Shown one piece after another: positions 49,497-60,529 of a stretch of 64,000 nt of DNA. The number at the start of each line of letters is the position of its first letter. Position 1 is the first letter of the stretch. The position numbers and the translations under genes were made by a program. Source of the DNA: Promethearchaeota archaeon (lineage in GTDB: Archaea > Asgardarchaeota > Lokiarchaeia > Sigyniarchaeales > SOKP01); NCBI GenBank assembly GCA_016839555.1, contig JAEOUA010000010.1, positions 96,001-160,000 of the forward strand, in the 5' to 3' direction. The notes beneath the pieces are model-generated. The model did no database searches, was not told the origin of the DNA, and saw only the letters and a program-made list of their open reading frames with translations.

Positions 49497-50948
49497 TTAG
49501 TTTTCTTTCTCCTTAAATTGTTTCATATAATACCAATCTTTTAAATCTTCAAGTGTGGTATGCTCAACATGAGTTAAAAGATCATTTTTCGCATCTTTTT
49601 CGATTTTTTTGAATAATGCATTATATATATCCTCATTTTTATCTATAATATTATTATTCCAACTCGGATCTTTCTTTAAATCGAATAATTTTCGATTTTT
49701 TTTATCATTTGATGTAATCAACGCAAAATTATCATCTTTATACAATGTACACACACTAAATCCGCATGTTATATAATCACGGGATTCTATAAGGTGATCT
49801 TCTTCCTCAGTAAAAATAGAAAGATCTCTCCCTTCAAAGATTTTCGGACTTTCTTTTCCTAAAAATCCAAAAATAGTAGGTAAAATATCATGATCATATA
49901 CGTAAGTTCTTTTAATTCTCTTTGGACCATTTAAATTTCCAGGTGGTTTTATCATAAATGGAATATCCACAAGTTCAGGATACATTGCTAGCGGTATCTT
50001 TCCTATAGCATTATGTTCTCCTATACTATGCCCATGGTCGCTAATAAAGAAAATTAATGAATCCTCATACAAATCTAGTTCTTTTAACTCATTAATGAAT
50101 TTGCCAAACCAATGATCACATAAAGTAACTTCACCAGCATAATGCGCTCGCATGCATTTGATTTCATCATCTGTAATATTTTTTAGTCGCTCAATATAAA
50201 CTGGTTGTATCAATTTGGGACCGCAATATTCGGAATCTAAATATTTTTCCAAATATTCTTCAGGAGGATCCCAAGGTTCATGGGGGTCAAATTCATCTAT
50301 AATACAAAAGGTATTTTCAAATCGTTTTGTATCATTGATAAATTCTATTGCTTTTTCAAATGTTTGAGCAGGGAAATAATTTTCCTCTTTGTCTCTATCT
50401 TGAACATTAGCAAAATATCTTTCAAGAAGATATTTTTGGTATTTTGCTAAAGCCCGTCGTCTCCTTCCGTCCAAAGTATGACTGTTCATCAATTCTTTAA
50501 TTTCCTCATCATTCATACGTATTTTTGCGCGCGTTTTATCCATTTCGTGTCCCCTTATCCAATTCCATTGATCAAATCCAATATGGAAATTCATATTTGG
50601 TTTAAATTGATGGTATGTGCTTGTGATAAAGGCTGTTATATAGTCAAAATCCTTCATGTATTCCCCGATTTGTTTGTGATGCGGAGGAATCGGGTCCCAT
50701 CCAGGATCAAAAACTCCATCATCGGTTCGGAGTTTTGGTTTCTCATGATTAAACGGAAAAGTTCGAATGCCTGTATGAATTGCTCTCCGCACTGGGATTG
50801 TTGGTAAAGATTCAGGATATGCTTTATTAAAAACTAAACAATCATTCGCAAATTTATCAAAATGAGGCGTTTGTATCCAATCATTCCCATATGTCTTTCC
50901 GGTATGATCCTTTCTCAGAGTATCAAAAATTATAAGAAAAATCCTCAT
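49497..50948 (-). CDS. Sulfatase-like hydrolase (alkaline phosphatase superfamily)
   Basis: DTLRKDH, TPHFD, PTIPVRRAIHTG, DPHEPWDPP, YAGEV, SDHGH. Confidence 0.88.
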   Translation of the reverse strand: MRIFLIIFDTLRKDHTGKTYGNDWIQTPHFDKFANDCLVFNKAYPESLPTIPVRRAIHTGIRTFPFNHEKPKLRTDDGVFDPGWDPIPPHHKQIGEYMKDFDYITAFITSTYHQFKPNMNFHIGFDQWNWIRGHEMDKTRAKIRMNDEEIKELMNSHTLDGRRRRALAKYQKYLLERYFANVQDRDKEENYFPAQTFEKAIEFINDTKRFENTFCIIDEFDPHEPWDPPEEYLEKYLDSEYCGPKLIQPVYIERLKNITDDEIKCMRAHYAGEVTLCDHWFGKFINELKELDLYEDSLIFFISDHGHSIGEHNAIGKIPLAMYPELVDIPFMIKPPGNLNGPKRIKRTYVYDHDILPTIFGFLGKESPKIFEGRDLSIFTEEEDHLIESRDYITCGFSVCTLYKDDNFALITSNDKKNRKLFDLKKDPSWNNNIIDKNEDIYNALFKKIEKDAKNDLLTHVEHTTLEDLKDWYYMKQFKEKEN

Positions 50949-51055
50949 AATTAAAGATTAGATTATAAAAATATAAATTTAAATTCTATTTTATACCTTG
51001 ATTTTATCTAATTTTATTTATAATCATAAATATGATATTTAAATTGAAAACTTTT

Positions 51056-52192
51056 CTAACTTAAGGAACTATTAGTTTTTTTATTCGATATTAGTTTTTT
51101 CGACAAATATCCTCTAATCTTATAATATTTGAATTCTGTAATATAAGCAACTCCTAATGAAGCAATATTCACAAGAACATATGAAAAAATAAGAGCAACG
51201 ATATCATTCAAATAATTCATAAATATCGGTAAAATTAGATTCAGAAATGAAAAATGTAATAAATAAAAGGTAAAAGAATAGTTTGCCATGAATATTATAC
51301 TTTTTTTTACTTTTTCGGGATATTTAAGTTCAGTATATTGAGAAAATACAAATATACATAAAATTGTTCCAGTAAAAAACAAAAAATATACAATACCAAA
51401 TGGATCCTGATGGGTTATAAGCCTAATCATGGCCAATATAAAAAATAAAATTGCTAAAACTACGCTAATATATCTAATCCTTTTTTTAATGGTGTCCTTA
51501 TTTGAACTTTTTACAATTGCTGCATCTAATTTGTTCATTAACAATATAAAAGCAACTCCAAAACACCAAATGACTACACATATGATTTTATGCCATATAC
51601 GTAAACCAAAAATTACAACTACTAATAGAAATCCAAATAGAGCAAGGATAATGAAATAGAGATATTTTTTTTTAGTAGTTCTGGTCCCTAATAGAAGCCA
51701 GCCAAAGACCATATAGAGGAACCAAATAGGCGGTAATGCCCATAATTGATGAGCAGTTCCAAATGTATAAATACCAAGCGCAGAATCGTTTAAAAAAAGT
51801 AAGGTAATGATAAATGAGACAATATTATAAGAATTTGATATATCTTTTCCACCAAAGAAATTTAACCATACAGCATCAAGAAAAATTATGATAATCAATA
51901 CTAATAAAAGGCTCGGATAAACTCTTGAAAATCTATTAATAATAAATTCTTTAAAATCATAAGTTTCTCTTTTCATTTTCTTGAAAACGTTATGAGAGAT
52001 TAATAATCCGCTCATTAAAAAAAGAAATATTAAGCCAGGAGTACCGATAAATTCTCCTGTTCTAAAGAAGCCCAATCCTTGAATTCCGTGGGCAAATCCT
52101 ATTAATTGTGCCGAAAGGATTCTAATTATGTAAAGATTTATAGAAGCAGTTTCCGAAAACTCAAATTTATAATTATCATCCATAAATAGCAT
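51056..52192 (-). CDS. Acyltransferase-3 (OafA-like) membrane protein, copy 1
   Basis: R...HG, FLMSGLLI, NRFSRVYP, HQLWALP, SFTFYLLH. Confidence 0.85.
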   Translation of the reverse strand: MLFMDDNYKFEFSETASINLYIIRILSAQLIGFAHGIQGLGFFRTGEFIGTPGLIFLFLMSGLLISHNVFKKMKRETYDFKEFIINRFSRVYPSLLLVLIIIIFLDAVWLNFFGGKDISNSYNIVSFIITLLFLNDSALGIYTFGTAHQLWALPPIWFLYMVFGWLLLGTRTTKKKYLYFIILALFGFLLVVVIFGLRIWHKIICVVIWCFGVAFILLMNKLDAAIVKSSNKDTIKKRIRYISVVLAILFFILAMIRLITHQDPFGIVYFLFFTGTILCIFVFSQYTELKYPEKVKKSIIFMANYSFTFYLLHFSFLNLILPIFMNYLNDIVALIFSYVLVNIASLGVAYITEFKYYKIRGYLSKKLISNKKTNSSLS

Positions 52193-52331
52193 TTGATAAT
52201 TTTTTATTTCATTAAAATTTTACAATTTTTATTGATATTTATTTACTTTAAAATTTTTGATAAAATATAATATTTTTAATATGAAAATTATTATTTTCGT
52301 CCCTTAAAGATTGGAATTTTGTTTTCTTAAT

Positions 52332-53462
52332 TTAACTCTCTAATTTGAATTTTTTTAGTAAGTAATAATAAATGCGATCTGCCTTCATTTCTGTGAAATA
52401 AGCGACAATTAGAGAGATTAGATTAACTAATATAAATAAAATAAAGAAAACTAAAATATAATTAAGATATTTCCTTAGAAATTCCATTAAAAGATTGTAT
52501 ATTGAAAAATGTAATAGATATAATGTAAGTGAATAATTTGACATAAAAATTATACCCTTTTTTAGCTTTTCAGGATAACTAATTCTAGTATACTGTGAAA
52601 AAACTATAATACAAAAAATTACACCAATTAATAATAAATAATATAAGGTATCAAAAGGATCATTGTGAAAGTATAATCTTATATAGGCTAAAATAAATAA
52701 AATTAAAGCATTAGCAACGCAAAACACTTTTATTTTTTTTTTTATATTATTTTCTTTTTTATCTTGATTTTCCATAATAAATTCTGATTTCTTATCAATA
52801 TATAAATCCATTTTATTTATAAAATATGAAAAGAACACCCCTAAAAACCAAATCAATGAATAATGTATTTTAATCCATATGTGATATCCCATAATTACAA
52901 GGATTAACGGAAAAATAAACAATATTAAAAGAATATAATAAATGTATTTTTTTTTTACAGTCCTTTTTCCTAATAAAAGCCATCCAAAAAATAAATAGCT
53001 CCACCAAAATAATGGAAAAGGCCATAATTGACGAGCTGAGCAAAAGGCGGTATATCCAATTGCAGAATCATTTAAGAAAAGTGCTGTAAAAATAAAAGTC
53101 AGAATATTACATGCGTTATATAAATCCTTTCCCCCCAGAAATACAATCCAAAAAGTATCAATAAAAATGATTAAAATAAGTACTAGCATGAGGTTAGGAT
53201 ATATTCTTGAGAATCTTCTTAAAAAATACTTCTTAAAATCATAATTTTTTTTCTTTATTTTTCCAAATGTTGAATAGGACACAAGTAATCCGCTTATTAA
53301 GAAAAAGAACATTAATGCTTGAGAACCAATATAATCTCCTAATTGGAATAACCCAATACCTTCGACTCCATGAGCAATTGTTATTAATTGAGCAGATATA
53401 AATCGAATAAGATATAGATTAATAGAGGCAGTTTCAGAAAATCTAAAATTATAATCTTCCAT
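52332..53462 (-). CDS. Acyltransferase-3 membrane protein, copy 2
   Basis: FFLISGLLV, RRFSRIYP, SLTLYLLH. Confidence 0.85.
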   Translation of the reverse strand: MEDYNFRFSETASINLYLIRFISAQLITIAHGVEGIGLFQLGDYIGSQALMFFFLISGLLVSYSTFGKIKKKNYDFKKYFLRRFSRIYPNLMLVLILIIFIDTFWIVFLGGKDLYNACNILTFIFTALFLNDSAIGYTAFCSARQLWPFPLFWWSYLFFGWLLLGKRTVKKKYIYYILLILFIFPLILVIMGYHIWIKIHYSLIWFLGVFFSYFINKMDLYIDKKSEFIMENQDKKENNIKKKIKVFCVANALILFILAYIRLYFHNDPFDTLYYLLLIGVIFCIIVFSQYTRISYPEKLKKGIIFMSNYSLTLYLLHFSIYNLLMEFLRKYLNYILVFFILFILVNLISLIVAYFTEMKADRIYYYLLKKFKLES

Positions 53463-53501
53463 GAATAAAAATTAATAATTGTTTAAGGTTTTAAAATTAT
53501 A

Positions 53502-53552
53502 TCATTCATTTTTTAAATATCTAAATTTATTTTTATTATCCATGAATAGCAT
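53502..53552 (-). pseudogene. 5' stub of another acyltransferase paralog (MLFMDNKNKFRYLKNE*)
   Basis: Start and upstream sequence (ATCAAATGCTATTyATGGAT) duplicate those of copy 1 (MLFMDDNYKFEF). Confidence 0.55.
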
Positions 53553-53644
53553 TTGATAAATTATTTCATCTTAAAATTTTTTTATCATTTAATTATATTT
53601 TTAAATTAAAACAAAAAATTCTCCAAAGATCTTTATTTTTTAAA

Positions 53645-53968
53645 TTATTTCTCCATATTGAATTTTTTGAGAAAAAATTTAGAGATATTAAACGTCTGTA
53701 CCTCTGAAAAAGAAGCTATAAGTATACTTAAAAAATTTACAGCAATGTAAACAATAATTAACAAACTTAGATTATTCATAGTATCTTTAAATGGAGCATA
53801 TAACCAAATTACTGGATAATTTAATAAATAAATAGTGAAGGAATAGGATGCTATTAAATTTATAATTTTTTTAATTTTTTTGGGATATTCAAAGGAACTA
53901 TATTGGGTGAATATAAAAAAGAAGCAAAATGAACCCGATATTAATAGATTATAGAGTATTCCAAACAT
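53645..53968 (-). pseudogene. C-terminal fragment of an acyltransferase-3 paralog
   Basis: QYSSFEYPKKIKK...SYSFTIYLL...ASFSE; lacks the N-terminal ~260 aa. Confidence 0.75.
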
Positions 53969-54318
53969 CCCAAAAAACTATTCACAGAAATTTATTTTAT
54001 ATTTCAGTCAAGGAATAAATAATCACAGAATTGACAGAATTGAACGATGTAAGGAAACGGAAACATTAGAAAAAGAGGTTTTTAGCCTTGGGTTGTTCGA
54101 TCCTAATAGAATTTTCATAATTTTAACATATGGAGTCTATAACTTAGATTGAATTTTTATATTTTTTTATTTCTAACAATATTATTTTATATTTTCATTT
54201 TTTTTCATTAATATTTTCTAAGCTTAAAATAAAATTACAAGGAATTATCTTAAAAAGATCAGAAAATTCTAATCTAAAATATAATTTATTAAGAACTAAA
54301 GATTAAACGATATATAAA

Positions 54319-55425
54319 ATGGAATATAAACATTTCAATTTTTCTGATTGCCTCTCTAATAATATTAATATAATTCGAATACTTACCATTCAAATTATAG
54401 TCATATCTCATGGGTTAGAAAATATTCATGCAATAGGAATAGCAAATCCCATAGGAGTTGCTTGTTTTAATTTATTAATGTTAATAAGTGGCTTATTAAT
54501 ATCTTATTCCACTTTAACAAAAAAGAAGGAAGAAAGCTATGATTTTAGGAAATTCTATATAAGAAGATTTTCGAGAATATACCCAGTTTTTATAACAGTA
54601 TTAATTATAATTGTCTTTCTTGATGGGTTGAATAAATATAATTTTTTCCATCATTTTGATACATTTGTTGCTACTATACTCCTTTTGAATAATTCTGCAC
54701 TTGGAATTAGTTATTATGGTGCTAACCGTCATTTATGGATTCTCCCATTGCTATGGTGGCTAACGCTTTTGTTCGGATGGCTACTTATTGGATTCAGAAA
54801 TACAAAAAAGAAATATATTTATTTTATTGTTTTGGGATTTTTTTCCATTATAGTTATAATTAATTTATATACTTGTTTTAGAACTTTTTCTCTTGCGAGA
54901 TTATATTATCTGATTGTCTGGTTTATAGGTGCCAGTTTCCCATTACTTATTAGTTATGTAAATAATTATATTGAGCGTAAATCAATTAAAGATGGAGGAA
55001 ATGAGAAAGTCAATAATAACTTAGAAAAAAAATTTAAATATGGCTTTTTATGTCTTTCAATTATCTTTTTCATTTTGTCTTCATTTTATTTAAATAATCC
55101 TTATGGGTTAATATTTAATTTATTATTTGCTAATTTCATTATCTTTTTACTGGCCTTTTCCCAATTCATTCACTTTACTTATCCCAAAAAGGTAAAAAAA
55201 GTAATAAATTCTCTAGCTAGTTATTCTTTTACGTTTTTTTTATTTCATTTGACATTATTTAATCTCTTTTTAAGCTCAAGTCAAGGATATTCAGATTTCA
55301 TATTTTTTTATATCATTGCTAATGTGCTCTCTTTTAGTATTGCACTTCTAACGGAAATGAGGGCTCCACAAATAAATAAATATCTGTTGAAAAAATTCAA
55401 TTTGGATACAAAAGTAAAAAAATAG
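54319..55425 (+). CDS. Acyltransferase-3 membrane protein, copy 3 (inverted orientation)
   Basis: ISHG, LISGLLI, RRFSRIYP, RHLWILP; closest to 61674-62837 by eye. Confidence 0.85.
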   Translation: MEYKHFNFSDCLSNNINIIRILTIQIIVISHGLENIHAIGIANPIGVACFNLLMLISGLLISYSTLTKKKEESYDFRKFYIRRFSRIYPVFITVLIIIVFLDGLNKYNFFHHFDTFVATILLLNNSALGISYYGANRHLWILPLLWWLTLLFGWLLIGFRNTKKKYIYFIVLGFFSIIVIINLYTCFRTFSLARLYYLIVWFIGASFPLLISYVNNYIERKSIKDGGNEKVNNNLEKKFKYGFLCLSIIFFILSSFYLNNPYGLIFNLLFANFIIFLLAFSQFIHFTYPKKVKKVINSLASYSFTFFLFHLTLFNLFLSSSQGYSDFIFFYIIANVLSFSIALLTEMRAPQINKYLLKKFNLDTKVKK

Positions 55426-55560
55426 ATTTTGAGATATTAAATAAAAAATGTTTTTTTTATAATACATGAATTATAATTATAATAAGGGAAATGAACATAT
55501 TATAAAACCATAAAAAAAAATTATTGAATAATATAAATAATATAAAATTTGGGGGGAATA

Positions 55561-55812
55561 ATGAAACGCTTTAGATTTTCTGAAACAACATCTATAAACA
55601 TAGATATACTTAGAGTTTATGCCTTTCAGACAGTTACAATTATGCTCCAAAAAATTGTTGTAGCCGATGAAGCACCAGCAATGACACGTATGGCAATTTC
55701 GTTCTTCGCAGGGCATGGAGTGATGGAAGATTTCCTCAGTCTTCCGCGATTTGTGCGTGATGCGTTTATCATGGAGTTATGGGAGGGACCTTGTGTTTAT
55801 GAATTACCTTAA
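55561..55812 (+). pseudogene. Chimeric remnant: acyltransferase N-terminus joined to an acyl-CoA dehydrogenase C-terminal fragment
   Basis: MKRFRFSETTSINIDILRV (55561-55641), then GC-richer AGHGVMEDFLSLPRFVRDAFIMELWEGP (55642-55790). Confidence 0.7.
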
Positions 55813-56009
55813 ATTTAAATACTACAAGAATCGTAATAGCAAAATAGCAAAAACAACATGGAAAAGCTCTCTATTAGCCGAATTCAGATAGCAATATGAA
55901 AAATAATAAGGTATAACTGAATTACTAAACTCTTAAAGGAAATAAACCAAATAAGCTCCATATCATACCTTTATCATTTCATATTTTCTATAAAAAATAA
56001 CTCATTGAA

Positions 56010-56525
56010 TTATGTTATCTTAATAGTTCTTTTACCAAGAATAAGCCATCCAAAAAACATATACAGCCACCAAAATACAGGTAGTGCCCATAAAGGGCGC
56101 AATGAGCCGAATCCACTTATTCCTATAGCGGAATCATTCAAAAGGAGTAGAGAAAACACAAATGATTTAAAACTATAAGCTTTAGTTGGTTTTACATCAT
56201 ACACAATAAAGATTAGATACCCATCTATCAATATGGTTAAAAAAAGCACTATTATTAATGGCGGATAAATTCGTGAAAACCTATTGACGAAGAATCTCTT
56301 AAATTCAAATTTTTTTTTATTCAATTTTGCGAATGTGCTATAAGAAATTAAAATTCCACTAATAAAAAAAAGCAATCCTAACGATGTAGCACCAAGCGTT
56401 GGTTTCTTATCAAAAGTAATAAATGCTTCTCTAGCATGAGTAAGTACAATTATTTGTATTGCAATACCACGAATTAAATTAAAATGGGTGGAGTTTGCTC
56501 GATTATATTTAAAATTATAGTCCAT
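56010..56525 (-). pseudogene. Truncated acyltransferase-3 paralog (N-terminal half)
   Basis: FFISGILI, NRFSRIYP, LWALP; stops after GKRTIKIT at 171 aa; downstream sequence is degenerate. Confidence 0.75.
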
Positions 56526-56743
56526 TTTTGAACATTAAAGACTTTTAATTTATTTGAATTGACTTAACAAGAATTTATCTTATATTTAGCTATATTTTTA
56601 TTAATAAATTGTTATTTTCTTATACTTAAATATCTAAAATTGTATAATTATGCTTATTTTAAAAAATTGGTAACATTTGTTTTGTTTTTAGGTAATTATT
56701 GACAATATATAATTTTGCATTAAGATTTATTTTTTTTTTAATG

Positions 56744-57862
56744 TTATGAAAATTTCTTTAGAAACAACTTTTTAATTTTTGAGGCTTGCATTTCACTAAA
56801 AGAGGCAACTAAAATAGACAAAATATTGATAATGATAAATATTAACAAAAATAGGAGTACATTATTCATTTCATTTATGAATAATTTATAGAAGAAAAAT
56901 ATTGATACATGTAGCAGATATAAAGTAAAAGAATAACTGGCCATAAATCTAATGATTTTTTTTATCATTTTAGGATATTTTATTTGTGTATATTGAGAAA
57001 AAATAAGAAAAAAACAAAAGGAAGCACCTAATAATAGACTGAAATCTATTGCAAACGCATTATGATGAGAAGATAAAATAAATAAAGAAGAAATAAACAA
57101 AACTATTGAAATAAAAAGGCTAATGAAATTAAGTAATCTTCTTCTAATCTTCGATTTATTATTTTTATCGGTATTAGGGGTTTTTTTTTGAATATATTTG
57201 TTCAATTTATTCAATGAATATGAAAAAAATACACCTAAAATCCATATGATAATACTTGTTATTTTTTTTTGAAATTGATATCCAAAAATTACTGATATTA
57301 AGATTAAACAAAAAAGTGCCAATATAAAAAAATATAAATATTTCTTACTTGTGCTCCTTTTCCCTAAAATAAGCCACCCGAAAACTAAGTAAGTCCACCA
57401 AAAAATAGGCAAAGTCCAAAGTTGTCCTGAGGATCCAAAAAAAGAGTATCCAAGAGCGGAATCATTTAAAAGAAGTAAATTAAAGAAAAATGTAGGAAGA
57501 TTATAATTAAATGGTGGATTTTTTAGAACAATTACAAATTGATAAGTGTCTATAAGAGTAACAATTCCTAGAATTAATAAGAATAAGGAATATATTCTTG
57601 AAAATCTGCTTATAAAGAATTGCTTAAAGCTATAAAGTTCATTATTCATTTTTGTGAATGTTGAATAAGCTATTAAAATTCCGCTAATCAAAAACAGAAA
57701 AGTTAATCCAGAGGCTCCAGCACTATGTAACTTCTGTATGTTAAGATAACCTTCTAATCCATGAGAAATTACTATTAATTGAGCACTAATCGCTCTTATT
57801 AAATCAAGATGTATAGAAAAGGTTTCTGAAAATTGAATATTATAATCTTTATGGAGATCCAT
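56744..57862 (-). CDS. Acyltransferase-3 membrane protein, copy 4
   Basis: LDLIR...SHG, FLISG, SRFSRIY, QLWTLP. Confidence 0.85.
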   Translation of the reverse strand: MDLHKDYNIQFSETFSIHLDLIRAISAQLIVISHGLEGYLNIQKLHSAGASGLTFLFLISGILIAYSTFTKMNNELYSFKQFFISRFSRIYSLFLLILGIVTLIDTYQFVIVLKNPPFNYNLPTFFFNLLLLNDSALGYSFFGSSGQLWTLPIFWWTYLVFGWLILGKRSTSKKYLYFFILALFCLILISVIFGYQFQKKITSIIIWILGVFFSYSLNKLNKYIQKKTPNTDKNNKSKIRRRLLNFISLFISIVLFISSLFILSSHHNAFAIDFSLLLGASFCFFLIFSQYTQIKYPKMIKKIIRFMASYSFTLYLLHVSIFFFYKLFINEMNNVLLFLLIFIIINILSILVASFSEMQASKIKKLFLKKFS

Positions 57863-57961
57863 ATCAAAAGATTCAAGACTTTGACAAAGTAATTAATTTT
57901 TTATTTTAAAATATTAATAACTTGAATAAATTTATCAATTAAGATATCAAGAATGATATTA

Positions 57962-59095
57962 TTAATCTAAATGAAATGTTTTTAATAAATAGTTTTCAAT
58001 TTTGGAAGCTCTCATTTCTGTAAAATAAGCGATGCCTATAGCCATAATATTGCTTAAAAAATAGATTAAAATAATAAAAAAAATTGGATTAAATCGGATT
58101 TTAAATATTGCAGTAACATATCCAGCTGAATATTGTATGAGAAATAAAGAATAAGTATAGCTTGAGACAAAATTTACGGGCTTTTTAATCTTTTCTGGAA
58201 TATTAATGTTTATATATTGTGAAAAGACAATGAAGAAAAAAAGGGAAGAATTTAATAATAATAGCATTACTAGCCCATAGGGATCAAGATGAGTTAATAT
58301 TCTAATTGCCGATAAAATATATAAGATTATGGAAATTGTTAAGGCTATAAAGCTCACTTTTTTTTTCAAGATTTTGGCTCTTTTTTCTGGATTTTCCGTA
58401 TATTTTGCAGACCTTTTCTTTATATAAAGATCAAATTTATTTATCAAAAAAGAAAATAGCGCACCTAAAAACCATAAAGATAAATATTCTACTTTATTTG
58501 AAGTCCATTCTCCTAGGCAAATGAAAATTAATATAAACGTAAAGAACCCTAAAACGAAGATATATATGTACTTCTTTTTTGTATTTCTAAACCCGAGTAG
58601 GAGCCATCCAAAAAACAAATAGGTCCACCAAAATAAAGGAAAAGGCCAAAGTTGGCGTGAAGTTCCGAAACAAAAAGGACCCCACATAGATTCTTGTAAA
58701 ATTAACAAATTCCATAAAAATGTTTGAATATTATAAGAGTTAATTATGTCAGGATTCCCCAAATAACCATAAAAATACCAATCTACAGTTGCCATAATAA
58801 TAAGAGCTAAAAATAAAGCAGGGTAGATTCTAGAAAACCGCTTTACCACAAATCTTTTAAATTCATATCTCTCATCATTCATCCTTCTTAAGGTAGAATA
58901 TGAGATTAATATCCCACTCATAGCAAAAAAGACTCCTAATCCAGGCGCACCTAGCATACCCCCTTTTAATTGAGAAATTCTTCCCATTACTCCATGACCT
59001 ATGACCACTAAATGAGCGGCGATTATTCTTATAATATTTAGATGAAAGGAGGCTGCCTCTGAAAACTTAAAGTTGTAATCCAAATCAAAAAGCAC
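57962..59095 (-). CDS. Acyltransferase-3 membrane protein, copy 5
   Basis: GHG, FFAMSG, KRFSRIYP; very similar to copy 6. Confidence 0.85.
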   Translation of the reverse strand: MLFDLDYNFKFSEAASFHLNIIRIIAAHLVVIGHGVMGRISQLKGGMLGAPGLGVFFAMSGILISYSTLRRMNDERYEFKRFVVKRFSRIYPALFLALIIMATVDWYFYGYLGNPDIINSYNIQTFLWNLLILQESMWGPFCFGTSRQLWPFPLFWWTYLFFGWLLLGFRNTKKKYIYIFVLGFFTFILIFICLGEWTSNKVEYLSLWFLGALFSFLINKFDLYIKKRSAKYTENPEKRAKILKKKVSFIALTISIILYILSAIRILTHLDPYGLVMLLLLNSSLFFFIVFSQYININIPEKIKKPVNFVSSYTYSLFLIQYSAGYVTAIFKIRFNPIFFIILIYFLSNIMAIGIAYFTEMRASKIENYLLKTFHLD

Positions 59096-59253
59096 CTAAT
59101 TTTAATTTTTAATAATGCTAACCATTTACTTTTTTAAATAAGATTTAATTTTTATATTTGAAATTCTTATAGGGTCATTATTCAATATAAAACATTTGCG
59201 ACTATAAATACTCCATTTATATTATTTTCCCTTAAAATTGAAATTTAATAGTA

Positions 59254-60378
59254 TTAAGAAGATAAATTAAATCTTTTTAATAAATAATTCTCGATTTTTG
59301 AAGCTCTAAGCTCAGTAAAATAAGCAATCCCGATTGCTAAAATATTACTTAGTATATATATCGAAATAATAAATAAGATAGCTGGAAGTTCTATTATAAA
59401 GGAAATAATATATCCTGCAGTATATTGTATTAAAAATAAAGAATATGTATAGCTAGAGACAAAATTTACGGGCTTTTTAATCTTTTCTGGAATATTTATG
59501 TTTACGTATTGTGAAAAAATTATAAAAAAGAAAAAAGAGCCATTTAACAATAATAAACATATTGTACCATAGGGATCAAGATGAGTTAATAATCTAATTG
59601 CAGATAATATATATAAGATTATGGAAATCGTCAAAGAAGTATATTTTATTTTATTTTTCAGATTATTTTTATCTTTTTCTTTGTTATTTTCTTTTTTTGC
59701 TGATTTTTCCTGAATATAAAGATCTAATTTGTTTAATATATAACCAAAAATTGCTCCTAAGAACCATAAAATTAAATAATCTAATTTGTTTGAAGTCCAA
59801 GGTCCGAGACATATAAAAATTAATATAAAAGTAAAGACTCCTAAAACAAAAATGTAAATATATTTCTTGTTTGTATTTCTAAACCCGAGTAAAAGCCATC
59901 CCAAAAACAAATACGTCCACCAAAAAAGAGGGAACGGCCATAATTGACGTGAGGTTCCGAAACATGTAGGACCAATCAGGGAGTCTTGCAAAATTAATAA
60001 ATTCCATAAAAAAGTGGGAATATTATAAGAGTTTAATATGTCAGGATTCCCAAAATAAATATAAAAAAACCAGTCTACAAATACCATAACAATAAGACTT
60101 AAAAATAAGGCAGGGTAGATTCTAGAAAACCGCTTTACCACAAATCTTTTAAATTCATATTCTTCATCATTCATCCTTCTTAAGGTGGAATATGAGATTA
60201 ATAGCCCGCTCATGCAAAAAAACACACCAAGTCCTGGCGCACCAAGTATTGCTCCACCTATTTGTGAGACTCTTCCCATTATTCCGTGTCCTATAACTAT
60301 TAAATGAGCGGAAATTATTCTTATTATGTTTAGGTGGAAGGATGCTGTCTCAGAAAAACGAAATTTATATTGAGTCAT
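59254..60378 (-). CDS. Acyltransferase-3 membrane protein, copy 6
   Basis: GHG, FFCMSG, KRFSRIYP; very similar to copy 5. Confidence 0.85.
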   Translation of the reverse strand: MTQYKFRFSETASFHLNIIRIISAHLIVIGHGIMGRVSQIGGAILGAPGLGVFFCMSGLLISYSTLRRMNDEEYEFKRFVVKRFSRIYPALFLSLIVMVFVDWFFYIYFGNPDILNSYNIPTFLWNLLILQDSLIGPTCFGTSRQLWPFPLFWWTYLFLGWLLLGFRNTNKKYIYIFVLGVFTFILIFICLGPWTSNKLDYLILWFLGAIFGYILNKLDLYIQEKSAKKENNKEKDKNNLKNKIKYTSLTISIILYILSAIRLLTHLDPYGTICLLLLNGSFFFFIIFSQYVNINIPEKIKKPVNFVSSYTYSLFLIQYTAGYIISFIIELPAILFIISIYILSNILAIGIAYFTELRASKIENYLLKRFNLSS

Positions 60379-60529
60379 TTGTATTAATTGTTTTTTATTA
60401 CTGTTAGAAGCTATGAATAAAAAAGAAAATCTATAAAACTTTTAAAATTTAATTATAATGTTTTTTTATAAACTAATTAATATTATTTTGCCATTCATTT
60501 GGATTTAATTATCTTTTTTTTGAATCTAA

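Noticed and set aside
53645-56525. Broken acyltransferase copies as intron-containing genes
   Set aside because: The missing halves are absent or degenerate; removing a short structured insert does not restore a frame.
2583-59816. Many 60-170 aa ORFs antisense to or overlapping longer genes (e.g. 2583, 9815, 19275, 27505, 50478)
   Set aside because: They overlap well-supported genes and have no recognisable motifs.
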